A DNA stretch of 64,000 nt, from contig CAYOXD010000001.1 in assembly GCA_964407825.1 (NCBI GenBank), forward strand, positions 46,032 through 110,031. The letters are read 5' to 3'. Below, piece after piece: positions 1-8,500 of the stretch (positions are counted from its first letter, which is position 1; every line of letters starts with the position of its first letter). Made by a program: the position numbers and the translations under genes. Origin of the DNA: an uncultured Desulfobacterales bacterium (GTDB taxonomy: Bacteria; Desulfobacterota; Desulfobacteria; Desulfobacterales; JAFDDL01). The notes under the pieces are model-generated. The model was not told where the DNA came from and did no database searches. It saw only the letters and a program-made list of their open reading frames with translations.

Positions 1-424
1 AGGCCTTGAGATTGCCCGCGACCTCGGCTATGGCTTCCCGCCAGGAGATGGTTCGCCATTTGCCCTCCCCGCGCTTTCCCATCCGCTTCATGGGAGCCTG
101 GACCCGGGTGGGGGTGAAGAGGAGTTGGAGGCCCGAAAGCCCCAAGATGCAAATACCGCCGTTATTGACCGGGTGATGGGCCATCCCCTCGATCTTGATG
201 GGGCGACCGCCTACCCTTCGAACCGTTATGCCGCACCCGCCAGGGCAAAGGGGACAGGTGGAATTCTCAAACGTCACCTTACCGTTTTCAGGAACCGGAG
301 TCCAAGGCCAATTCTGACTCCAAATGGACACGTCGTCCATCAGTTTCCAAGGCAGCGGCGACAAGACAGTCCCCGCTGCCACGCCGATACCGAGAGACAA
401 AAAGCATCTTCTATCTATTTTCAT
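1..424 (-). CDS. Molybdopterin (Mo/W-bisPGD) oxidoreductase catalytic subunit, N-terminal fragment running off the left edge
   Basis: Not in the ORF track because there is no stop inside the window. Manual reverse-strand translation from the ATG at 424 gives MKIDRRCFLSLGIGVAAGTVLSPLPW (twin-arginine Tat signal), then CPLCPGGCG (C-x2-C-x3-C Fe-S motif typical of the family). The frame stays open to position 1. AAGGGG Shine-Dalgarno upstream. Confidence 0.7.
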   Translation of the reverse strand, partial: MKIDRRCFLSLGIGVAAGTVLSPLPWKLMDDVSIWSQNWPWTPVPENGKVTFENSTCPLCPGGCGITVRRVGGRPIKIEGMAHHPVNNGGICILGLSGLQLLFTPTRVQAPMKRMGKRGEGKWRTISWREAIAEVAGNLKA

Positions 425-519
425 GGATACTGCCCCTTAGCCTGAAAGAACTGTTCGACTGATTTTCAACTGGTTATGAGCACCGGAGGTTCTAATGCTT
501 CCCTCCAATCCGTCGGCGA

Positions 520-1233
520 TTATTTATGGCATGCGAAACAGGCTTCGTGCTGGGTCTGGGCGCTGGTCCGCATACCTTTCATCCGCGCATGGCAGGCCGC
601 GCAATCGTCCATCTTCATCCGATCCCAGGTGTTCTTTCCAAGACCTGAGATGGCTTGTCCCCAGATAGCCCGGCTGTAACCGCTGATCCGGTTCTGCTCG
701 TAGACCGGAAGCTTGACGGAGTGGCCGATGTTCCCATGGCAGGTCTCACATTTCATGTGCGCCATCTTGACATGGGCGGCGTGAGAGAAGAATACGCAGT
801 CCGGCTGCTTGGAATAGGAGAGCCAGGGCACCTGACGGTGCTTTCGAAGGTATTGCGTCACGAACTTCGCCTCATCGGCCGACTGTCCCTGCTCTTCCTT
901 GTGGCAGCCCACGCAGTCCTTAAGCTTCGGGATGCCGTTGAAGCTGCCGTCAGCCCGGAAGTAGTGGCAGCTCTTACAGCCGTGTTTGACCTTTGCCACA
1001 TGGATCTTGTGGTTGAAGTTCAGGGGCTGTCGCTTCTGGGAGTAAAGAAGCTCTGGGAAAACCCCCCAGCATACGGCCATGCTGGCAGCAAGTCCGACAA
1101 TGAAGAGAAGAATAAGGGGGCCTGCGGAGCCATTCGCGGGTTGTATCGGCGCATGCGCCTCGGCCACGGCATCGGGCACCTCGTCGACCGCTTCTTTTGA
1201 AACCTCACCTGCCTTGTCCTCAAAGGTACTCAT
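520..1233 (-). CDS. Membrane-anchored pentahaem c-type cytochrome (NapC/NirT/NrfH-like)
   Basis: Five CxxCH motifs (CKSCH, CVGCH, CETCH, CAACH, CFACH) and one N-terminal TM helix (PLILLFIVGLAASMAVCWGV). Start set at MSTFEDK (GGAG SD) rather than the ORF-track start at 1362. Confidence 0.75.
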   Translation of the reverse strand: MSTFEDKAGEVSKEAVDEVPDAVAEAHAPIQPANGSAGPLILLFIVGLAASMAVCWGVFPELLYSQKRQPLNFNHKIHVAKVKHGCKSCHYFRADGSFNGIPKLKDCVGCHKEEQGQSADEAKFVTQYLRKHRQVPWLSYSKQPDCVFFSHAAHVKMAHMKCETCHGNIGHSVKLPVYEQNRISGYSRAIWGQAISGLGKNTWDRMKMDDCAACHARMKGMRTSAQTQHEACFACHK

Positions 1234-1457
1234 GGGAACTCCGTTCAGATGGTTTAATATTGCTTTTGGACCTGGAACCTCAACCGAGTATAGCGCTCTC
1301 CCTCCTTGGGCGGCGCGGCTATGCATACGGTTGCGCCCCAAAATGGGCGCCCCCAATGACACACCGCATCATACAGGGCCTGGAGAAAGAAAAAAATTAA
1401 AGGAAATTGTGTACAGTCCGGCGATCAGTTTGTCAAGGGAAATGATGGTTTCCCTGA

Positions 1458-2315
1458 CTACTGGCTCCCGTAGCTATGGAGGCCCGGCAGGAGGTTGACG
1501 CCGAAATAGGTAAAGAGCACCGCCAGGAATCCGACAATGGAAAAGATGGCAAAAATCTTTCCCCGCCAACTTAAGAAAATACGGGCATGCAGCATGGTCG
1601 CGTAGATGAGCCAGGTGATCAGGGACCAGGTCTCCTTCGGGTCCCAGCTCCAGTAGCGGCCCCATGCCGAGTTGGCCCACACCGAACCGCTGATGATGCC
1701 AACGGTGAGAAAGAGGAAACCGAACTTCACCATCTGAAGGATCAATTCATCCAGGGTGTCGAGAGAGGGGAAGCGGGCCACCAGACGAGGGGGCTTTCCG
1801 TTCCCCATATCTTTGTTGCCCCCCATATCTTTGATGAGATACAGCAGCCCGATACCAAAGGCGACGGCAAAGGCCGCGTACCCGATAAAACAGGTGATCA
1901 CATGGGCGATGAGCCAGTTGCTCTTGAGGGCGGGGATCAGGGGCTCAATCCGATCGTTCACGTCCGGCGAAAACGAGGCGTAGGCCATGGCGAAAAAGGC
2001 AAGGGGCGTGGCGAAAACGCCAATGACCCGGCTGCGGTAGCGATGCTCCACATAGAGGTACAGAACCATCAGGGTAAGCGCGAAAAAAACGAGGGATTCA
2101 TACATATTGGAAAGGGGCGCATGCCCCATTCCCAACTGATAGGACTCCACCCATCGCCAGATGACGCCAATCAGATTGCCCGCCACCCCCACGGTGGTGG
2201 TCCAGGTGGCGATAGGGCCCATGACGGGCTTCCTGAAAATGATCAGGACCAGATATTCGAAGGCCGCGAGGCCGTATACAAATGTCGTGACGGAAAGAAG
2301 GATCGAGCTGTTCAT
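1458..2315 (-). CDS. ccsA: Cytochrome c biogenesis protein CcsA (system II haem handling)
   Basis: Polytopic membrane protein with the Trp-rich motif WGRYWSWDPKETW. Its start overlaps the upstream ccsB/resB stop by 4 nt. Confidence 0.85.
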   Translation of the reverse strand: MNSSILLSVTTFVYGLAAFEYLVLIIFRKPVMGPIATWTTTVGVAGNLIGVIWRWVESYQLGMGHAPLSNMYESLVFFALTLMVLYLYVEHRYRSRVIGVFATPLAFFAMAYASFSPDVNDRIEPLIPALKSNWLIAHVITCFIGYAAFAVAFGIGLLYLIKDMGGNKDMGNGKPPRLVARFPSLDTLDELILQMVKFGFLFLTVGIISGSVWANSAWGRYWSWDPKETWSLITWLIYATMLHARIFLSWRGKIFAIFSIVGFLAVLFTYFGVNLLPGLHSYGSQ

Positions 2316-3733
2316 GAAATTTCCTTTTCCTTATGGGCAGGGTCTTTGTTTTCCAGCGCAATGAGGGCCTCGGATATCCTTTTCACCTTGTTTTCCATGC
2401 CCAGTTTATTCTTGTTGGCCGTGCCAGAAACCATCACCTGAGTGCCATGGGCCGTTTGCTGGAGCTCGATGCCCAGGCGCTGATGAGACATAAAAAAGGT
2501 AACCAGGCATCCGATGATGAGCGTGACGAATCCCACATAGACCAGCCCCACCCCGGGGTCCCGGGATACCTGAAGCCCGGTGGCGTACCGGGGGTCAAAG
2601 GTAAAAAAGTAGCGCCCCTGGCGCATTCTGTCAAAGCTGGGGAATCGCTTCGGTATCAGCACCTGCTGGGTCCTACCGTCCGCTCGGGTCACCTGACCCA
2701 CCAGCGTCTCTCCCAGGTTCATCTGCCCCCGGAAATTGTAAGACCCCTCCAGGGCCTCCAAAGTGAACCGCCCCCCCTTTTCCGGCAGGGACACCGAACG
2801 GCCCACTTCGGCCTTCACATCGAAGCTGGTCTTTGTTTGACGATCTTCAACCCTCAGGGTAACCCCTTTGGTGGCCACGGCATGCCAATCCGGCGGAATC
2901 TCGCTGTAACTGGCCTGATAGATACTGATTCCGCCATAGCGAAGGGGCCGATTGACGATGATATCCCGGGTGAGAAGGGGCCGCTGGCCATTCAGAAGCG
3001 TCAATCTGGACAGGTATTCCTTAGGCCGTCCGTCGGGATAAAAGCTGACGGAGAAATGATCGCATCGAATGCCGAAGTCCAGGGGAACCGGGTGGGCCAA
3101 ACGGTTCACCTGGACCTCATGGACCGTCTTTCCTTCCGGGATATTGACAAATCCGTCAAACCCGAAAATGGACCCGATCAGCCCTCCCAGCAGCAGAAGA
3201 AGCACGCTCAGGTGCACCAGATAGACCCCCAGCCGACTCCACCGGCCCGTTTCCGCAAAGAGGCAACACCCCTCCTCAGTCTGCTCGATTCGTCGATAGC
3301 GGAACCAGCTGCCGAGCCGGGAACGGTACAGATCGATCAGCTCCCCGGGGGGGGTGGCGGAGGAAAAACGGATGGCATCCTTCAGCCGGCGAAACCGCTC
3401 GATCTGGAAAACCGGCGTTCTGACGAAAACAATCTTGACAGTGGCAGACAACCGGTCAAGGGAGCAGACCACGATGTTCACCGTCAACATGACCATGAAA
3501 AACCGGAACCATCCCGAATGGTACATGTCCGTGAGGCTGAGAACCGACAGGACCCTGTAGAGCACACTGCCGTATTTTTCTATATATAAGGCAGGCTGTG
3601 CATTCTGAGGGATCAGGGTGCCCAGCACGGAGGTGGCCGCCAAGGTCAGCAGCAACACCACGGTCAACCGCACGGATGTAAAAAAATGCCACAAAGTATC
3701 GGCAACGCTGTGGGGCGCGCCCTTTCTGTTCAT
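2312..3733 (-). CDS. ccsB: Cytochrome c biogenesis protein CcsB/ResB
   Basis: 473 aa with N-terminal TM helices, a large soluble loop and a C-terminal TM segment (ResB-like architecture). Sits immediately upstream of ccsA and is translationally coupled to it. Confidence 0.75.
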   Translation of the reverse strand: MNRKGAPHSVADTLWHFFTSVRLTVVLLLTLAATSVLGTLIPQNAQPALYIEKYGSVLYRVLSVLSLTDMYHSGWFRFFMVMLTVNIVVCSLDRLSATVKIVFVRTPVFQIERFRRLKDAIRFSSATPPGELIDLYRSRLGSWFRYRRIEQTEEGCCLFAETGRWSRLGVYLVHLSVLLLLLGGLIGSIFGFDGFVNIPEGKTVHEVQVNRLAHPVPLDFGIRCDHFSVSFYPDGRPKEYLSRLTLLNGQRPLLTRDIIVNRPLRYGGISIYQASYSEIPPDWHAVATKGVTLRVEDRQTKTSFDVKAEVGRSVSLPEKGGRFTLEALEGSYNFRGQMNLGETLVGQVTRADGRTQQVLIPKRFPSFDRMRQGRYFFTFDPRYATGLQVSRDPGVGLVYVGFVTLIIGCLVTFFMSHQRLGIELQQTAHGTQVMVSGTANKNKLGMENKVKRISEALIALENKDPAHKEKEIS

Positions 3734-3843
3734 AGGTCATCCTTTCCACGTAAGATCAACAAAGCGCTTCGTGCAATAGCAGATCTTTCGGGTGTTAGGC
3801 AATAGGCAATAGGCTAGGGCAGGGAGGGGGGCAGCCCTGTGGT

Positions 3844-6723
3844 TCATCGTGCCGTCGGCTTCACCACGATGCGGGCGGCCTTTCCGGAAACCAGATAGGT
3901 CCTGGCCAATGCCGCCACCTCCTGGAGGCTGATGGACCGGTAATCCGACAGGATGCTCCTGCTCCACTGGATCTGCTCGGGGTGGCGCCGGCAGCCCACA
4001 AGCACGCTATTCAACCAATAGGCATTGGTGCGTCGCAGGTCCTTGATGTTGGTAACGATCGGTTTCACGGAACGGCGCAGCTCGTCCTGGGAAATCGGCC
4101 CATGGGCAAGGGCCTCACCGATCCGGAGGACCTCGTTCATCACCGTATCGGACTGCTTCGGGTCGATGTAGACGAAGGCCTGAAGCAGTCCGTAGCCTCT
4201 GTAGGCCCGGCTTGGCCGGTTGTATGCGAAGGGGGAATAGGAGGCCCCCAGCTTCTCCCGAACCGTCTCCCGAAGCCTCTCGGAAAAGATATCGCCCAAA
4301 ACAGTAAGACGCCGGGTGCGATGGATGTCCCAAAAATCCGCCGTGGGATAGGCCACCACAATCAGCCCCTTGGGGATGCGCGTAGCCACGGGAATCGTCA
4401 AGGAAGCGCCCGTCGGGAAGCCAAGGTGGTCCGGCCGGTCCGGCAGGGCGGGGGCGCTGCGCTTCTTCAGGGTCCCAAAATAGGTCGATGCCAGGGCAAC
4501 GGCCTCCCGCTCCGGGAAATCCCCCACCAGGGACACTTCAAACCGGCAGCGACGCAGAAGGGGCCCCATCCATGCCCGCACATCTGAAACGCCGAGATTC
4601 TTAAACGCCTTCCAGGGCGGAAGTCCAAAGCGGCTGTCGCCGTGTGCCAGGAAGCGCTGGCCTTCAAGGCGCATGGCGCCATCGGTATCGTGTGCCAAGC
4701 GCTGGTACCTCTGTTCCATGCGCGACATCACCAGACGATAGGCCTCGGCCCGGAAGGCCGGATCGGTCAAATGCGCGTACAGAAGCTGGAACATCAGCGG
4801 AAATTCCTGGCTCGGCCCCTGCCCTTCGAAGGCGAAATGGTCCTCCCTCACGTGAAAGGTCAGTCTTGTATCCTTTCCGGCCAGGGCCCGATCGAGTTCC
4901 TCCCGGGTAAGCCCTCCCAGAGCGCTTTCCTCCATCAACGCTTCGGTGAGAACGGATAATCCCGGCCTATCCGCCGGCTCGCACGATCTGCCGTAACCGA
5001 AGGAGAGAACGGCATGAAATTTGCCGGTTTGAAAATCCGTCCTCTTGAGATTGAGCCGAACGCCGTTTGCGAAATCGATCTGGACGATCCCCAGATCGGT
5101 TAGATCCTCCCGGTGATCGATCTTGCCCGAACCGGCCGGCGTCTCCAGATACGGAAAGTGAACCGCCCGGAGCCCGAGGGGCAAGACCGCTTTCATTTTC
5201 CTGCTATCTGACACGGCTGCCAGGATTTTCTTTTCCGCCTCGGCGCTACCACCGCCGATGGTGGTGTTGCCGGTCACGAGAAAGAGCCGGTGAGGGGCCG
5301 CCCAGCTTCTTTGGAGCGCCCCTTTCACATCGGCCAGTGTCACGGAATCGATGAAGGGTGCCAGCAGCTGCCGTTCCTGCGCCGGGGATAAAAAGACCTG
5401 ATTGCCGTTCAGGCAACCGATGATTTGGCTTGCCAGTCTCTGGCTCTCCCGGGTGGGAGCCTGTTTGACGGCGTTGGCCAGCCGGGCGAGTCTCTCCTTT
5501 TTCACCCGCTCCAGTTCCTGCGGGCTGAACCCATGGGCCAAGGCGCCGCGAAGATTTTGCTCGAGACTCTCAAGACAGGTCCGCCAGTTCCCTGGAAGAC
5601 AGTTCGCCGAAATTTCGGCAAACTCGATTTCCTGCAAGAACCGCCCCGAATGAATGCGGGCGGAGGTGAAGGGCGCCCCAGGTTTTCGTGCCATCTCGGA
5701 AAGACGGTGTTGAAGCATCTGATCGGCCATGTCCCGCAGGAGGGTCTCCTTCCGATGGGCCGCCGAATCGGGGATTTTTGCAATCTTTCGGACCACCTCG
5801 ATACTGACGGAAGTGCTGCCGGCATCAGGCTCGTAATGATAGAAGGCCTTGTCGCCCCGGTGATGAATCGGACCTATCCCAGGGGCGGGGAGGGCGGCGG
5901 CCCGGTCTCTGAGGCTGGAAAAGTACTGGCCGATCAAGGTTGCGGCCTGCCCTGGATCAAAATCCCCCACCAGCACCAGAATCATCTTCTCCGGCCGGTA
6001 CCAGTCCCTGTAGAAGGCCCTCATCTTACGGCTGTCCACAGTCCTTATCACCGACTCCTTGCCGATGGGAAGACGCCTTGACACCAGCGATCCCGGGAAT
6101 TCGAATTTGAAGCTCGACTCGAAGGTCCGATAACCGGCCGAATCCCGGCTCCTCTTTTCAGACAGGATAACGCCTCGCTCGAAGTCAATCTGCCGCTGCC
6201 GCAAGAGGGCGCCATCGGCATAATCCCGCATGACCCGCATACCGTCGGCCAGATGCCGCTTATCTCCCAGTGGCAGGAGCACATCGTACACCGTTGCACT
6301 GAATCCGGTACGAGCATTGGCATCGGGGCCGAACTGCATGCCAATCGTCTGGAAATATTTAACGAGTTCATCAGGCTTGAAGTGCTTGGACCCGTTGAAC
6401 TGCATGTGCTCCAGAAAATGGGCCACCCCCTGTTGGGCATCAGACTCGTTGAGGGAGCCGACCTGCACATCCAGATGCATGCTCACCCGATGGTTCGGTT
6501 CCCGATTCTTCATCAGCACGTAGCGGAACCCGTTTGGCAACACCCCATAGGCCACCTGCGGGTCTGGTGAGAGATCACTTGCGTCTTGGGGCCATAGAGC
6601 TGCAGACTTGCCTTCGGCCAAACGAAGGAAAAAATGCGGGCAGAAAAGAAATATAGCGAGAAATACACCGACCATCTTCAGTCGGCGGGATTCTATCCTT
6701 CCCATTCCCCTATCTACTCCCAT
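3844..6723 (-). CDS. Secreted M16 (pitrilysin/insulinase) family zinc peptidase, double-length form
   Basis: HxxEH zinc motif in HFLEHMQFNGS, and length consistent with two M16 active/inactive domain pairs. Start moved to MGVDRGMGRIESRRLKMVGVFLAIFLF (GGGAGAAG SD, signal-peptide-like). The ORF-track start at 6834 is probably too long. Confidence 0.8.
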   Translation of the reverse strand: MGVDRGMGRIESRRLKMVGVFLAIFLFCPHFFLRLAEGKSAALWPQDASDLSPDPQVAYGVLPNGFRYVLMKNREPNHRVSMHLDVQVGSLNESDAQQGVAHFLEHMQFNGSKHFKPDELVKYFQTIGMQFGPDANARTGFSATVYDVLLPLGDKRHLADGMRVMRDYADGALLRQRQIDFERGVILSEKRSRDSAGYRTFESSFKFEFPGSLVSRRLPIGKESVIRTVDSRKMRAFYRDWYRPEKMILVLVGDFDPGQAATLIGQYFSSLRDRAAALPAPGIGPIHHRGDKAFYHYEPDAGSTSVSIEVVRKIAKIPDSAAHRKETLLRDMADQMLQHRLSEMARKPGAPFTSARIHSGRFLQEIEFAEISANCLPGNWRTCLESLEQNLRGALAHGFSPQELERVKKERLARLANAVKQAPTRESQRLASQIIGCLNGNQVFLSPAQERQLLAPFIDSVTLADVKGALQRSWAAPHRLFLVTGNTTIGGGSAEAEKKILAAVSDSRKMKAVLPLGLRAVHFPYLETPAGSGKIDHREDLTDLGIVQIDFANGVRLNLKRTDFQTGKFHAVLSFGYGRSCEPADRPGLSVLTEALMEESALGGLTREELDRALAGKDTRLTFHVREDHFAFEGQGPSQEFPLMFQLLYAHLTDPAFRAEAYRLVMSRMEQRYQRLAHDTDGAMRLEGQRFLAHGDSRFGLPPWKAFKNLGVSDVRAWMGPLLRRCRFEVSLVGDFPEREAVALASTYFGTLKKRSAPALPDRPDHLGFPTGASLTIPVATRIPKGLIVVAYPTADFWDIHRTRRLTVLGDIFSERLRETVREKLGASYSPFAYNRPSRAYRGYGLLQAFVYIDPKQSDTVMNEVLRIGEALAHGPISQDELRRSVKPIVTNIKDLRRTNAYWLNSVLVGCRRHPEQIQWSRSILSDYRSISLQEVAALARTYLVSGKAARIVVKPTAR

Positions 6724-7080
6724 GCTTTCTTCTCCCAGACGGCATGAATAAAGGCCTATCTCCCCTCGGCCACCAACTCGGCCCCACCCCATCGGCACAT
6801 AGATGGTTCCAAAACCTTCAATGGGGAGGGGCAAGGCGGCCAGATGCGTTCAACCGAAGCAATAATTGAACGGATCGGTCCACCGCTGACATGGCGCCCG
6901 GGAGGAAGTTTTGAAACCACTTCTATGGTAAGCAGCGGTCCTGGAAACGCAATACCTGCGCGGTGGGAAAACATCGGACGGGAGAGGCAACGATGGACAG
7001 GCACGGGGGAAAAAGAATTTGTTACCGTTCAGGAAACGCGGCGGGTATGAGCGAAAGCTCCGGCAAGGAGGGACGCGGGC

Positions 7081-7133
7081 GGGAGCCTGTTTAAAAGCCA
7101 TTTCGACCGGATGTGGCTTTCAAACAGGCTCTC
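7081..7133. repeat. Long imperfect inverted repeat (about 18 bp stem, 13-nt loop)
   Basis: GAGCCTGTTTaAAAGCCA (7083-7100) pairs with TGGCTTTcAAACAGGCTC (7114-7131) with one mismatch. No flanking T-run. The two mirrored shadow ORFs both start MAFKQA because of this repeat. Confidence 0.6.
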
Positions 7134-7244
7134 AGCAATGGGAACGTCGCCTCCATCTCCCGTAAGTGCTCGGCCGATCGCCGGCCGAATCGACTCCGAA
7201 GCAAACGAGCGTGCGGCCTTTCCTGGGGCCTGCCGGCAAGGCTA

Positions 7245-7643
7245 TTATTTCTTGAAATACACGCCTCGAGTGCGAGCTTCGACGATCCCCTTTTTCGTAA
7301 GCTTGTAAAGCGCGTTGCTCAACTGTCTTGCTTCCAAGCCTGTTTTTTCTTTCAACTTGTCAATGCTGGCTCCCTTTCGGCTCTTACTGATCACTTCGAA
7401 AACCCGATCCAAAACAGTCGGCGCCTTGGCGGCAGCCTCCGAAATGGCGGCTTTCCGCTTCGCGGGTACGGCAGCCGCCCGTTTTTTCGGCGCGGCCCGT
7501 TTTCTTCTGGCGGGTGCCTTTTTCGTCGGTTTGGGGGCAGCCTTTGCATCGCTGTCAGCGGTCATCTGCTCTACCTGCTGGGCAAGCTTGGTCAATGCTT
7601 CAGCGATGGCCACTAACTGGGTTGATAATTTCTTCATCTCCAT
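7245..7643 (-). CDS. Small basic protein: coiled N-terminus, Ala/Lys/Pro-rich histone-H1-like tract, and C-terminal winged-helix-like domain
   Basis: AKP-rich tract DAKAAPKPTKKAPARRKRAAPKKRAAAVPAKRKAA. C-terminal TVLDRVFEVISKSRKGASIDKLKEKTGLEARQLSNALYKLTKKGIVEARTRGVYFKK. GGAGGA SD 7 nt before the ATG at 7643 (the track start at 7658 contains that SD). AT-rich promoter region upstream. Confidence 0.5.
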   Translation of the reverse strand: MEMKKLSTQLVAIAEALTKLAQQVEQMTADSDAKAAPKPTKKAPARRKRAAPKKRAAAVPAKRKAAISEAAAKAPTVLDRVFEVISKSRKGASIDKLKEKTGLEARQLSNALYKLTKKGIVEARTRGVYFKK

Positions 7644-7949
7644 GTTAGATTCCTCCATTGTATTATTTGGTTCACCGGAAATTTCTTTTATTATATATAC
7701 TCTTTTATCAAAGTCAACAAAATCTATTGAAGATACAAAAAAAAATTCATTTATCGAAGTGTAATCCTCTTAATGACGAATTCCGGCGATGCCGGATTCT
7801 CCCCTCCGAATCCAACGGTTGCTGCAGACAACAGTGAAGAGAAATGGACAGTCTCGCCCTTTTTGGAACGGGAGTTGAAAGGCAGTCTTCCCAGAGGGGA
7901 AGCAGTGATCCGCCTTAACCATAGATTGAAGTCATTAAGCCACAAGGGG

Positions 7950-8249
7950 CTATTGAGGTGAGAGGGGGTGGCCCGCGCCAGCCGATGGTTCGGGGGATTC
8001 TTCTGAATCCGGGGGGGCATTCTCAAATGTCATAGCGCGAGGCCGATCCTTCAGAAGATGATCCAGCCGGTCGTTGACGGTGTTCAATTTTTTTGCAATT
8101 TCATCGAGCCGAATGCCGATGGCGACAAGAAGAAAAAACAGAAGAAGATAGGCGGACCCCGTCTCCCCCCAATCTAGAAAAAATCGCCCGACAAAGAGAA
8201 TGAGGGCGAAAACGATTACGCTGACAAGATATGGAAGTTTTTCCCGCAT
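7950..8249 (-). CDS. Hypothetical small membrane protein
   Basis: Two hydrophobic helices (LPYLVSVIVFALILFVGRFF, AYLLLFFLLVAIGI). Start chosen at MREKLPYL. No recognisable family. Confidence 0.35.
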   Translation of the reverse strand: MREKLPYLVSVIVFALILFVGRFFLDWGETGSAYLLLFFLLVAIGIRLDEIAKKLNTVNDRLDHLLKDRPRAMTFENAPPDSEESPEPSAGAGHPLSPQ

Positions 8250-8500
8250 GAACTGCCCCCCCGCTCTTTCCGTCCCGCCCCCTCTGCAGCTGCCCCTTCT
8301 AACGCTTGATAATTTCATCGGGCATGATATATCTTTGCGGATGCTGTTTTGGGAAACGGTCCGACAACCAGTCGGATTTCAACTTTATGCAATTTTAACC
8401 CAGAGGCCAGCACCGGGTCGATTATTATGGAGATGTAACATAATAATAACAGGGTTGCAATGGATCCCCCCAGCCTCCCGGCCCCAGACAAAGGTGAACA

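Noticed and set aside
125-445. 106-aa plus-strand ORF at the left edge
   Set aside because: It is antisense to the manually found Tat-signal/Fe-S-motif ORF (1-424, minus strand), which is far more convincing.
2333-3589. 418-aa plus-strand ORF
   Set aside because: Antisense shadow of ccsB/resB, with no recognisable motifs. The minus-strand product has the expected ResB architecture and is coupled to ccsA.
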